Of a stretch of DNA of 64,000 bases, positions 13,580-24,594 are shown piece after piece. The DNA lies in NCBI GenBank assembly GCA_024137785.1, contig JAHRHZ010000047.1:2635336-2699335 (forward strand), in the 5' to 3' direction. Below the pieces are notes generated by a model. The model was not told where the DNA came from. It did no database searches and saw nothing but the letters and a program-made list of their open reading frames with translations. Origin of the DNA: Ginglymostoma cirratum (taxonomy: Eukaryota). Position numbers and translations under genes: made by a program. Within the stretch, counting starts at the first letter, position 1. Every line of letters starts with the position of its first letter.

Positions 13580-14369
13580 CTAGATTAAGAAAAAAGAAAA
13601 ATTAAATCTGACAAAAATATTTTGACTCTATTTTTATAAAGTAAGGGAGTGGTTCTGTGGTAATCTATTCCCCAACACTGCATCCTTCCACCAACCCCAC
13701 AACTGAATAATGGGTGTGGAGATGTTTTCTCCACTTAATATGTAAAAGGTAGTAGAAATATGGTAAGACATAAAATCGAGATCATCAAGACTGCTCCATT
13801 GTTCATATTTTAGCTATTACAGTCAGCATTTTGAGCTACATGAACAGAAAAGTATCACTTTGACAATGTAACAAGCTGATCTTTCTCCAGCTAATATTTC
13901 TTTTAATGTGAAATTGTCATCTTTACCTTTCCTAGTTGTTGACCTGATAGTTCAAATGGGGCAAGATTCAGCAATATCCATGTTCAAGTTCCAATGAATA
14001 CCATTAAATTCTACTAACTATAATGTTGACTTCAGATCTCACAATATACGAGATCAATTAAGCATGAAATACAGAGCTTAAAGCATGATATTGAAAGAAA
14101 TTGAAGGTTTATGATTATATCTCCTGTAAAAGCAATCAAATATGCTGTAGAACGCTACCATTCCAATCCTGATGAGGCAAAGGAAATATTATTTGAAAAT
14201 GCAATTATTTGAAATGTACTGCTGTAGATTTCAACATCGATTAATATTTTGGAAATGTGCCCCATTACATTAAAGGAACAGGGGGACATTTCAGTTCTAT
14301 TCTTGCAGAATTTAATAGACTGCAGCAGCTTAAGTTAGCAGAAAATTCTTAAGAGTCATGTTAAAGATA

Positions 14370-15530
14370 GACATGGTTGTGGTTGCTGGAGATCAGTATC
14401 TTAGCTCCAAGATGTCAGTGTAGGAGTCAAAATGGATTGTATATTAGGCTCAAGCATCTTCAGTTGCTTTATCAGTGACCATTACGTTCCCTTCATTGTA
14501 TAGTCAGAAGCGGGGATGTTGATTGATGTTTCAGATACTGAAAAAACAAGGCTTGAACAATATCCAGGCTTTGGTTTACAAGTGGAAAGTAGCATTCAAA
14601 CCACACAAGTGCCAGGCAATGACTATCTCTATCAAGAGAAATTCTAACCATTGCTCTGAACATTCAATAAATCCATCATTGCTGAATTCCCAATCACCAA
14701 TAACCTGGCATTGATAACACTGACCATAAATCGAAGTGGACTATCCTTATAAGTACTGAAACTACAAGAGCAGGTCAGAGGCTAAGAATACTGCAGCGAA
14801 TAACTCATCTCCTCACTCGCCAAAGCCTGTCCATCATTTATAAGGCACAAGTTAAGAATGTGATGGACTAGAAAAAACAAAAAATTGTGGATGTTGGAAA
14901 TCTGAAACAAAAATAGAAATTGCTGGAGAACCTCAGCAGGTCTGGCAGCTTCAGTGGAAAGAAATCAGAGTCAGAGTCAATATTCTGGGTCCAGTGACCC
15001 TTCTTCTGAACTTATTGTAGCTAGGAAAGGTGTGATGGAATACTCTCTATTTGCCTGATGTGTTCAACTTCAATAACACTCAAGAAGTTTGACACTATCC
15101 AGGTCAAAGCAGTCTACTTAATTGACACTATATCCACAAATATTCACTCCCTCCACCACCATTGTATAGCAGCAACCGTGTGTTCCGTGTACAAGATACA
15201 CTATAGAAATTCATTAAGATTCCTTAGACATCACCTACCAAACCCATGACTATAACCATCCAGAAAGACAAAAACAGCAAATACATGGGAACACCATCAC
15301 CTGTAAGTTACTCCCAAACCACTCACCATCCTGGCTTAGAAATATATCACTGTTCTTTCCCTGTTGCTAGTCAAAATTCTGGAATTCCCTTCCTAACAGC
15401 ATTGAGAGCATATTTACACCAAATGAATGGCAGCAGGCCTCTAACCACCACCTTCTGAAGGGCAATTAGGAATGGGCAATTATTGCTGGACCAGCCAGTG
15501 ACCACCACATCCCTGAATGAATAAAAAGAA
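14370..15530 (+). mobile_element. Older 3' portion of the tRNA-headed LINE family
   Basis: Collinear with 28855-29860 (KCQAMTIS, HSLHHH, same 3' tail ending gaataaaaa). Confidence 0.85.
14868..15030 (-). mobile_element. Short Penelope-pLTR-like element inserted in a LINE copy, 9-bp TSD
   Basis: TGTGATGGA at 14859-14867 and 15031-15039; body gaaattgctggagaacctcagcaggtctggcagc is shared with similar short repeats near 280-400, 11160-11445, 12120-12230, 12735-12830, 30950-31000 and 57920-58030. Confidence 0.7.
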
Positions 15531-16244
15531 CATTGCTGGCTTTAAAAAAAAAGTTACTTGTGCCTAGGCAGATTTAAACATAAATTTGGTGGCCTGGCTC
15601 AGGCTTGTCACCTTCCCTAGGTGCGATATATCCATTACTTATCTCATTTCCTCTTCCTTCATTTTCACACCATAAGGGGGAGGTGTGAGAAAGTGGAAGA
15701 GGAATGCAGCAAAGAGGAAAAGGTGAGAGCAGGTCATGATGCTAAATGATAATGAAAACAGTTACAAGGACACTAATTATCATTATCATCTAATAGTCCA
15801 TTATGGTATGTCTAGGAACCTTGCCCCTCTCCTTCAATATAATACCTTAGTCTTCCACTTGATCTGTCCAAAATACCAACTTCGGGGACTTTTACCCAAG
15901 GTTGTGTAAATAATGAGAATGAAGATACTAAACCTCATGACTCATATCTTAACATTGAGGTTATGAATTTAATAAACTCCACACATCAACAGCAGGAATA
16001 TACAGCCGAATTGCAGTGAAGAATGGTGCACTGATCCTTCGGCAATCCAACAACAGCTCAGAATTGAGTAACCCTTTCACACTGCCACCAGGATTATATC
16101 AAAATGGATGAATTCTCTGTATATGAAATTAGTGACTGTCACTAGGTCAAAATCTTGGAACTCCCTTTCTAATAGAACTGTGGGTGCACCCAGCCAACAG
16201 AGACTGCAGCAGTTCAGGAAAGCACTCGCCACCACTTCTCCCTT

Positions 16245-16620
16245 ATACTGTCTCCCTCTTGCCTTGAACCTGTGCCTTCCTGCAGTTGACTTTTCCACCC
16301 CGGGGAAAAGCATCTGATTATCCATCCAAAGTATGCATCTCATAATTTTATAGACCTCTATCAGGTTGCCCATCAGCATCCGTCTTTTCAGTGAAAACAA
16401 TCCAAGTTTATCCAACCTCTCCTCCTAACTAAAACCCTCCCGACTAGGCAATATCCTGGTAAACTTTCTCTGCACCTTTTCCAAAGTATCCACATCCTTT
16501 TCGTAGGGAGGTGACCAAAACTGCATGCAATATTGCAAATGTGGCCAACTAAATTTCAGTATAGCTGTAACATAACTTGCCAACTTCTTTATTCGATATA
16601 AAGCACTCTGGGCCTCCTCT
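16245..16620 (-). mobile_element. CR1 ORF2 C-terminal fragment
   Basis: PHLQYCMQFWSPPYEKDVDTLEKVQRKFTRILP and LGLFSLKRRMLMGNLIEVYKIM. Confidence 0.85.
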
Positions 16621-16849
16621 GTACCCAACACATCCTGAAGAGCTCTGAAGCTGCAATCTCTCCCTGAGCTGAGTGCTCCATGCTGTCGGCACCAGGCCCT
16701 GCCTGTTCACCAGGTACCCTCTTGAAGCTTGCATGTCCCCTATTACCTCACCTACTTCGACAGCCCATTTTAAGCCATACCCACAATGTCACTGAGCTTC
16801 AACTACGACTGTCCTAAGCTACCACACTTTTTTTTTTTACTTTTTATCT

Positions 16850-17630
16850 GTTGTTTCTGAACACTGAATACCATGAATATTGACCAGTCATGGTCACCAT
16901 ACAACCAAATCTTTCAATAGTTATCAAGTCATGTATTTCTATTTGTGTCTTCAACTATCTTGTCATAAGTGCTGTCTGCATTCAGATAAACAGCCTTATG
17001 CTTTGAGTTTTTACCATTATTACTTATTTTGGTTCTAATTTTTGCTGCACTCTTCTGTATTTATTTCTACTCCTTCCTGTCACACTTCGATTGTCTTTCA
17101 CGCTTCACTGCCCTGCACCTCTGCCTTTCCATGTCTTTTTGCTTCTTTAAACTTCCCTTCAGTTAAAGCCAGGTCCCCCCCCCACCATTCTTCAAACCAT
17201 GCAATTACCGATCTAATCTATTCAGCCTGTGCTAATTTGCACATGATCCAAAGGTGGTCTTTGTGGTCTGCTTTCACATTTAGCTCAAAGATGATTATAA
17301 TCTCTCAGTAGAACCCTTTTCCTAATCCAGCCTATGTCATTGGTACCCATGTGGATCATGACAACTGGATCCTTCTTCTCAGCCCAAAAGAGATGTCCTG
17401 AATCCTTGGCACCTGGTAGGCAACAGCCTTTGGGACTCTTCCTTTACTGCAGAAAGCTGTGTCTATTCCCCTAACTACGCTATCCTCTATTATCAACACA
17501 TTTCTCTTTTCTTGCACCACTTGAATGGTTCTTTGGACCATGGTGACATCTACAGTTCATTTGTTCTGCCAACAATCTGTGTCCTCGTCCACACCAGGAG
17601 CAAAAACCTCATGCACACACCTAGACCAGT
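16850..17630 (-). mobile_element. Decayed CR1 5' fragment (ORF1 esterase-like region and ORF1/ORF2 junction)
   Basis: VLIIEDSVVRGIDTAFC...PRIQDIS resembles the GDS-containing SGNH esterase segment of vertebrate CR1 ORF1. Confidence 0.55.
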
Positions 17631-18140
17631 GGGAGGAAACAGGATAAAAAGACATTCTGAGGGCACATCAGTGGCATGGGTGTTCAATTATTGTATGTAA
17701 TATGTACTTTTGTGAATACATATTCATTCTCAGCGTTCTAACATCTGTTGTAGTCTCATTCAACCAATAGGAAATGAGAAGGATCACCAAAGTGAAACAG
17801 GTGGAGCAAAAGGGTGTGCTGAATTTCAATTACCATTCCTTGGTACCTCTGATATTGCCACAACGTAGGTGAGTGTGATCACATCATCCGTCAGGAAACT
17901 ACATTCGTATAATTGTGATTTGAAGTCAAGTGGCTACACATTACAACTAGGGGCACCGAGAGTAATGATAACGGCTCAGGATCTGGGCTATCCAATTGGT
18001 GGTATCCACATTCCTTTTGAGAGTGCTGGCAGCATCTATCACATACCTACAGGCTCCAGGAGGGAAAGATCTGTCCCATGTCTAAGCTTCTCAAAGCCAT
18101 TTTAAAATATTTAAGACAGGAACCATTCAGAAAGCCTTAC

Positions 18141-18185
18141 CTGAACAGTCACGTCACTGTTTGCAAAGGAAAGTTCTTCAGAAAG
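18141..18185 (-). CDS. FAM227B: Probable FAM227B short coding exon, 45 nt (LSEELSFANSDVTVQ)
   Basis: Strong acceptor ttttctttttcacag| and donor cag|gtaagg; open only in phase 0, which matches the downstream exon; protein similarity weak. Confidence 0.7.
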
Positions 18186-20214
18186 CTGTGAAAAAGAAAA
18201 CAATTTTAATAGTTGCATTTCCTTCAATGTTTTATATCTCATAATTTTCATTAATGCTCGAATTTAAAAAAAACTCCATGATAAATTCAACAAATGTAAA
18301 TCAAACTATATAGCTAAAATACTCTGGATCAATAATATGCTTAATTTAAGAAAAGGAGAAATCTCCACTTTCTTTGAGCTTTTTTCATCAATGAAATCAT
18401 GGAAGTGTGTGACAAACACAGAAAATACTGAAGAAACTCAGCAGGTCATTTATTAAATAAATATCACTGTCACTGAACAGCTTTGTGTACTAAGAAATAA
18501 AGCCTTGAAATACTCATTGTGTATACTTTAAATACATGTCTATCAAAGCATCAAATGACGAACATAAGATCATCGGAATCTGAAATGCCATGAAATACTT
18601 TCCATGGCTAATTAAAATGCGGCATCAATACGTAAATTAATTGATTTTGCTCCAAATAGTTGGTTAGTTAGTTTACTGCTACCAAACATTTCACATAAAT
18701 CTATGGAGCGATATAAACATTACTCCGAAGGAAGTCAAATGTTTGGATATCATATTTTTTTGTGATGTTAATTGGACAGTAATACCACTATCACCTAGAA
18801 TTTCCTCAGAGATTAATCTGCCTGGATGCTCTGGCTTTGGAGGATATATGGCAGAAACACTTTTTAATGCACAGTCAAGAGTTTCCACCTAAGTTTGAGT
18901 ATCTGACTGGAAAAGCCATGAGGGAATTCACTCAAACTCTCCAAATATCAGCCCTTAGCTTTTGTTCCTAAAGTTATATAATAATGTTAAATTTTACAGA
19001 TTTTACTAGCAAGTAATTTCACTACTGTTGCATAAAATGTCACTGGAACTGTTTTTACCTTTTGGCTGGGATGTGTTAGTAATGCATCAGAATCCTTAAT
19101 TTGTGTAAGAAAAGCTGGAACAGAAAAATGTGATTTTATGCTCAAATAAACAAACCTTCGTAAACTATAAAACATCTTGACAAGTTCTAGAAAGAGACAT
19201 CTTGCAATTATATGGTGCCTTATGATATTTACAGCACATTTCAGAGTGCTTCAAATACAATTATTTATTTTTTGAAATGCAGTGCCTCTTTTACGCAGGA
19301 AATGCAGCAGCTAATTTGGTCACAGGAATGTTCTATAAAGATTCTGTAGACATTCTATAAAGAATTCTACAAGACGACAAACAGACCTATTTACTTGAAT
19401 ACAGTGGTGCAGTTTGAAGGACAAATGTTGTCCAGGATATCAGATGACATTTCTGCACATTTTCTGAATATTTTTTTAAGCCAGAGGTGGATAGATTCTT
19501 GATAAGTAAGGGACATGTAAGGTCAGCAAAGGAAGGCAGGAATGTGAATTGGAAATTACAATCAAATCATGATCTAACAATATGGTAGTGCAGACAGTGG
19601 ATAAATGGCCTACTCCTGCTCCTCACACATATGAATTATGAAATAAACTGTATAATCGTTTATATTTATCCAAACAGGAAAAGTGGACATCAATATAATG
19701 CCCTAACTAATGACAGTTCATCTAATAAATTAGAACTTCTTCAGTATTATACTGAAGTTGTGGTCCAAATTGTGGGTCAAATTTCAGGATAGGGCTTGTA
19801 GCTACAAAAATGGAGGCAAGAATGCTAACAAAATCATTCAAACTGATATTTAAGGATAGTTTCATCAGTTACATTCTACTGGTACGGATTCATTTCCTTG
19901 GGATGAGCATGCGTCAAATGTGGATGCTGCAAAAATGTATTCTTGCTTTTTCAATCACTATTTCAACAAATCTACTTGTTGTGAGAAAACAGATATATTT
20001 CTATTGTCCACATGTTTTGCTGTTGAGAACATCTGTGTCTTTCATTTTCGATTGAAATGTTTTCCACTTTAAGTTTACTCTTCACAAAATATAACCATGG
20101 TCTACAACATGTTTCTTTAGAGCTCTGAACCTAACACACATTCACTAAACAATTCATTCCTATTGCACTCCACACTTATACTAAAAAATCATTCTGTAAA
20201 ATGTATTTATTTAA

Positions 20215-23187
20215 TTTTTTTATTCATTTGTGGGATATCGGCATCGCTGGCTGGCCAGCATTTACCGCCCATCCCTAGTTGCCCTTGACAAGGTGGTGGT
20301 GAGCTGCCTTCTTGAACCGCTGCAATCCTCCAGCTGTGGGTTGACCCATAATGCTATTAGGGAGGGAATTCCAGGATTTTGACCCAGCAATAGTGCAGGA
20401 GTGATGATACATTTTCAAGTCAGGATGGTAAGTGACTTGGAGGGGAACTTGACGGTGGTGGTGTTCCCATATATCTGCTGCCCTTGACCTTCTAGATGGA
20501 AGTGGTTGTGGGTTTGGAAGGTGCTGTCTGAGGATCTTTGGTGAATTTCAGCTGTGCATCTTGTAGACAGTACACATTGCTGCTACTGAGCGTTGGTGGT
20601 GGAGGGAGTGAATACTTGTGGATGTAGTGCCAATCAAGTGGGCCCCTTTGTCCTGGATGGTGTCTTGAGTGTTTTTGGGGCTGCACTCATCCAGGCAAGT
20701 GAAGGGTATTCCATCACACTCCAGACTTGTGCCTTGTAGATGGTGGACAGGCTTTGAGGAGTCAGGAGGTGAGTTATTTGCCACAGTATTCCCAGCTTCT
20801 GGCCTGCTCTTGTAGCTACTCTGTTAACGTGGTGAATCCAGTTGAGTTCCTGGTCAATGATAACCCCAGGACGTTGATAGTGGGAGGTTCAGTGATGATA
20901 ACACCATTGAATGTCAAGGGGCAGTGGTTAGATTGTCTCTTATTGGTGATGGTCATTGCCTGGCATTTGTGTGGCACAAATGTCAATTGCAACTTGTATG
21001 CCCAAGCCTGAATACTGTCCAGATCTTGTTGCATGTGAACATGGACTGCTTCAGTATCTGAGGAGTCACGAATGGTGCTGAATATTGCACAATTATCGGC
21101 GAACATCCCCACTTCTGACCTCATGATGGAGGGAAGGTCATTGATGAAGCAGCTGAAGATGGTGGGGCCTACGACACTACCCTGAGGAACTCCTGAAGGG
21201 ATGTCCTGGAGCTGAGATGATTGAACTCCCACAACCACGACCATCTTCCTACGTGTCAGGTACGACTCCAACCACCGGAGAGTTTGCCCCCGATACTCAT
21301 TGATTCCAGTTTTGCTAGAGCTCCGTGATGCCACACTCGGTCGAATACAGCCTTGATATCAAGGGCTGTCACTCTCACCTCACATCCGGAATTCAGCTCT
21401 TTTGTCCATGTTTGAACCAAGGCTGTAATGAGATCAGGAGCTGAGCGGCCCTGATGGAACCCAAACTGGGCGCCACTGAGCAGGTTATTTCTGAGCAGGT
21501 GTTGCTTGATTGCACTGTTTATGACACTTTCCATCACTTTACTGATGATCGAGAGTAGACCGATGGAGCGGTAATTGGCCGGGTTGGATTTGTCCTGCTT
21601 TTTGTGTACAGGACATATCTGAACAATATTCCACATTGTCGGGTAGATACCAGTGTTGTAACTATACTGGAACAGCTTAGCTAGGGGAGGGGCCAGTTCT
21701 GGAGCACAAGTCTTCAGTACTATTGCCAGGATGTTGTCAGAGCCCGTAGCCTTTGCAGGATCCAGTGTCTCCAACTGTTTCTTAATATCACGTGGAGTGA
21801 ATTGAATTGGCTGAAGACTGGTATCTGTAATGCTGGGGACCACTGGAGGAGGCAGAGATGGATCATCCACTCGGCACTTCTGGCTCAAGATTGCTGCGAA
21901 TGCTTCAGCCTTATCTTTTGTTCTGATGTGCTGAACTCTTCCATCATTGAGGTGGGGATATCTGTGGAGCCTCCTCGTCTAGTGAGTTGTTTAATTGTCC
22001 ACCACCATTCACAACCAGATGTGGCAGGACTGCTTAGATCTGGTCCGTTGGCTGTGGGGTCGCTTAGCTCTATCTATCACTTGCCGCTTTCGCTGTTTGG
22101 CATGCAAGTAGTCCTGTTTGGTGGCTTCATCGGGTTGATACCTCATCTTCAGGTATGACTGGTGCTGCTCCTGGCATGCCCTCCTGCACTTTTCATTCAA
22201 CCAGGGTTGATCCCCTGGCTAGACGGTAATGGTCGAGTGGGGGATATGCCAGGCCATGAGGTTACAGGTTGTGCTGGAGTACAGTTCTGCTGCTGTTGAT
22301 GGCCACAGTACCTCATGAATGCCCAATCTTGAGTTGCTAGATCTGTGCAGTCTTTCCCATTTAGCACGGTGATAGTGCCACACGATGGTGGTTGTTCACA
22401 ATGTGAAGGTGGGACTTCATCTCCACAAGGATTGTACAATGGTCACTCTTACTAATACCATCATGTACAGATACAACTGCAGCTGACAGATTAGCAAGGG
22501 TGAGGTCAAGTATGTTTTTCCCTCACCACCTGCCGGAGACCCAGTCTAGCAGCTATGTCCTTTAGGACCCGACCAACTCAATCAGTAGTACCGCTGCTTG
22601 GTGGGTCATTCTTGGTGGTGGACATTGAAATCCCTCACCCAGTGTACATTTTGTGCCCTTGCCATCCTCAATGCTTCCTCTAAGTGTTGTTCAACATTGA
22701 GGAGTACTGATTCATCAGCTGAGGGAAGACGGTATGTGGTAATCAGCACGTTTCCTTGCCCATGTTTAACCTGAAGCCATGAGACTTCACGGGGTCCAGA
22801 GTCAATGTTGAGGACCCCTAGAGCAACACCCTCCCGACTGTTTACCACTGTGCTGTCTTTGTAGTGATTGGTACATCTGGGTGGCTTGCTAGGCTTTTTC
22901 AGAGGGCAGTTGAGAGTCAACCACATTGCTGTGGGCCTGGAGTCACATGTAGGCCAGAGCAGGTGATGATGGCAGATTTCCACCCCTGAAGGGCATTAGT
23001 GAACCAGATGGGTTTTTCCAACAATCAGCACTGATTTCATGGTGATCAATAGATTCTTAATTCCAGTTTTTTTTTGAATTCCAATTCCAACATTTGCCCT
23101 GGTGGGATTTGAACCCAGGTCCCCAGAACATCAGCTGGGTTTCTGGATTAATAGTCTAGCAATAATACCACTAGGCTATTGCCTACT
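20215..23187 (-). mobile_element. Near-full-length degenerate APE-RT LINE (CR1 group, apparently no ORF1) with a tRNA-like 5' head
   Basis: ORFs 22606..22983 (APE, DFNVHH), 21256..21888 (PVHKKQDKSNPANYRSIGLLS, QFGF, LDIKAVFDRVWH), 20816..21334 (GVPQGSVVGP, MFADN); A box TAGCCTAGTGG 23178-23168, B box GGTTCAAATCC 23115-23105; A-rich tail near 20215; frameshifts and deletions. Confidence 0.9.
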
Positions 23188-24228
23188 CTTATGTTATATA
23201 ACCTACACTGAGTTCAGTGGCACAGTTGGTAACATCACTCCCCCTAAGCCAACATTCGGTTCACATTCCATTGTGTCTTAAGTACTCTTGCCACAGTTGT
23301 GGTAGGTCAAGCCCACCAGGATATGCAGAGTATTAAGCCAGAAACTCAGCTAATGTTCTAGGGACCCGGTTCAAATCCCACCATGGCAGATGGAAGAACT
23401 TGAATTCAAGTTTTAAAAAAATCTTGAATTATAAATCTACTGATCACCATAAAATCACCGTCCATTGTCGGAAAAACCCATCTCGTCCACTAATGTCCTA
23501 CAGGGGAGAAAATCTGCCATCCTCACCTGGTCTGGCCTACATGTGACTCCAGACCTGCAACATTGTGGTTGACTCTCAACTCCCTCTGAAATGGCCTGGC
23601 AAACAACTCAGTTGTACCAATCACTACACAGTCTCAAAAAAAAATGAAACTGGACAGATCACCTGGCATTGACTTAGGCACCAGAAAAGACGATGTCAGA
23701 AGCAACCCTGTTGACTCTGCAAACTCCTCCTCACTAACATCTGGGATTAGTGCCAAAATTGGGAGGGCTATCTCACAGTCTAGTCAAGCAACAGCCTGAC
23801 ATAGTCATACTCACAGAACACCTTACAGACACCACCCTCACTACTCCTGGATATGTCCTGTCTCACTGGCATGATAGACCCAGCAAAGGTGCTGGCACAA
23901 TGGTATACAGTCAGGAGGGAGTTGCTCTGGGAGTCTTCAACCTTGGCTCTGGATCCCAAGAAGTTTCATGGCTTCAGGAAACCCCCTGGCGATTACCACA
24001 TACCATCCTTCCTCAGCTAATGAATCAGTACTCCTCCATATTGAACAACACCTATAGGATGCACTGAGGATGGCAACGGCACAAAATATACGCTGGGTGG
24101 GGGATTTCAATGTCCACCACCACCAAGAGTGGCTCGGCAGCAGTACTACAGATCGAGCTGGTCGGGTCCTAAAGGATATAGCTCCTAGACTGGGTCTGCA
24201 GCAGATGGTGAGGGAGCCAACAAGAGGG

Positions 24229-24540
24229 CCGGTACAGTGGCTCAGAGTTTAGCGCTGCTGCCTCACAGCGCCAGGGACCCGGGTTCAATTCTACCCTCCA
24301 GCGACTGTCTATGCGGAGTTTGCACATTCCCCCCATGTCTGCATGGGTTTACTCTGGTTTCCTCCTAAGTCCAAAGATATGCAAGTTAGGTGGATTGCCC
24401 ATAGTTTTCAGGGAGGTGCAGGATAGGTGGATTAGCCATGGGGGATGGGTCTGGGTGGGGTGCTCTTCAGAGGCTTGGTCGGTGTGGACCTGCTGGGCTG
24501 AATGGACTGTTTCCACACTTTGGGGTTCTATGGTCCTATG
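24229..24540 (+). mobile_element. HE1-like V-SINE inserted in the LINE
   Basis: tRNA-like head (GGTTCAATTC), V-domain-like ggagtttgcacattcccccc...ccaaagatatgcaagttagg, CR1-type tail; GAGGG duplicated at 24224-24228 and 24541-24545. Confidence 0.85.
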
Positions 24541-24594
24541 GAGGGGAAAAAACATACTTGACCTCATCCTTACCAATCAGCCAGCTACAGATGC

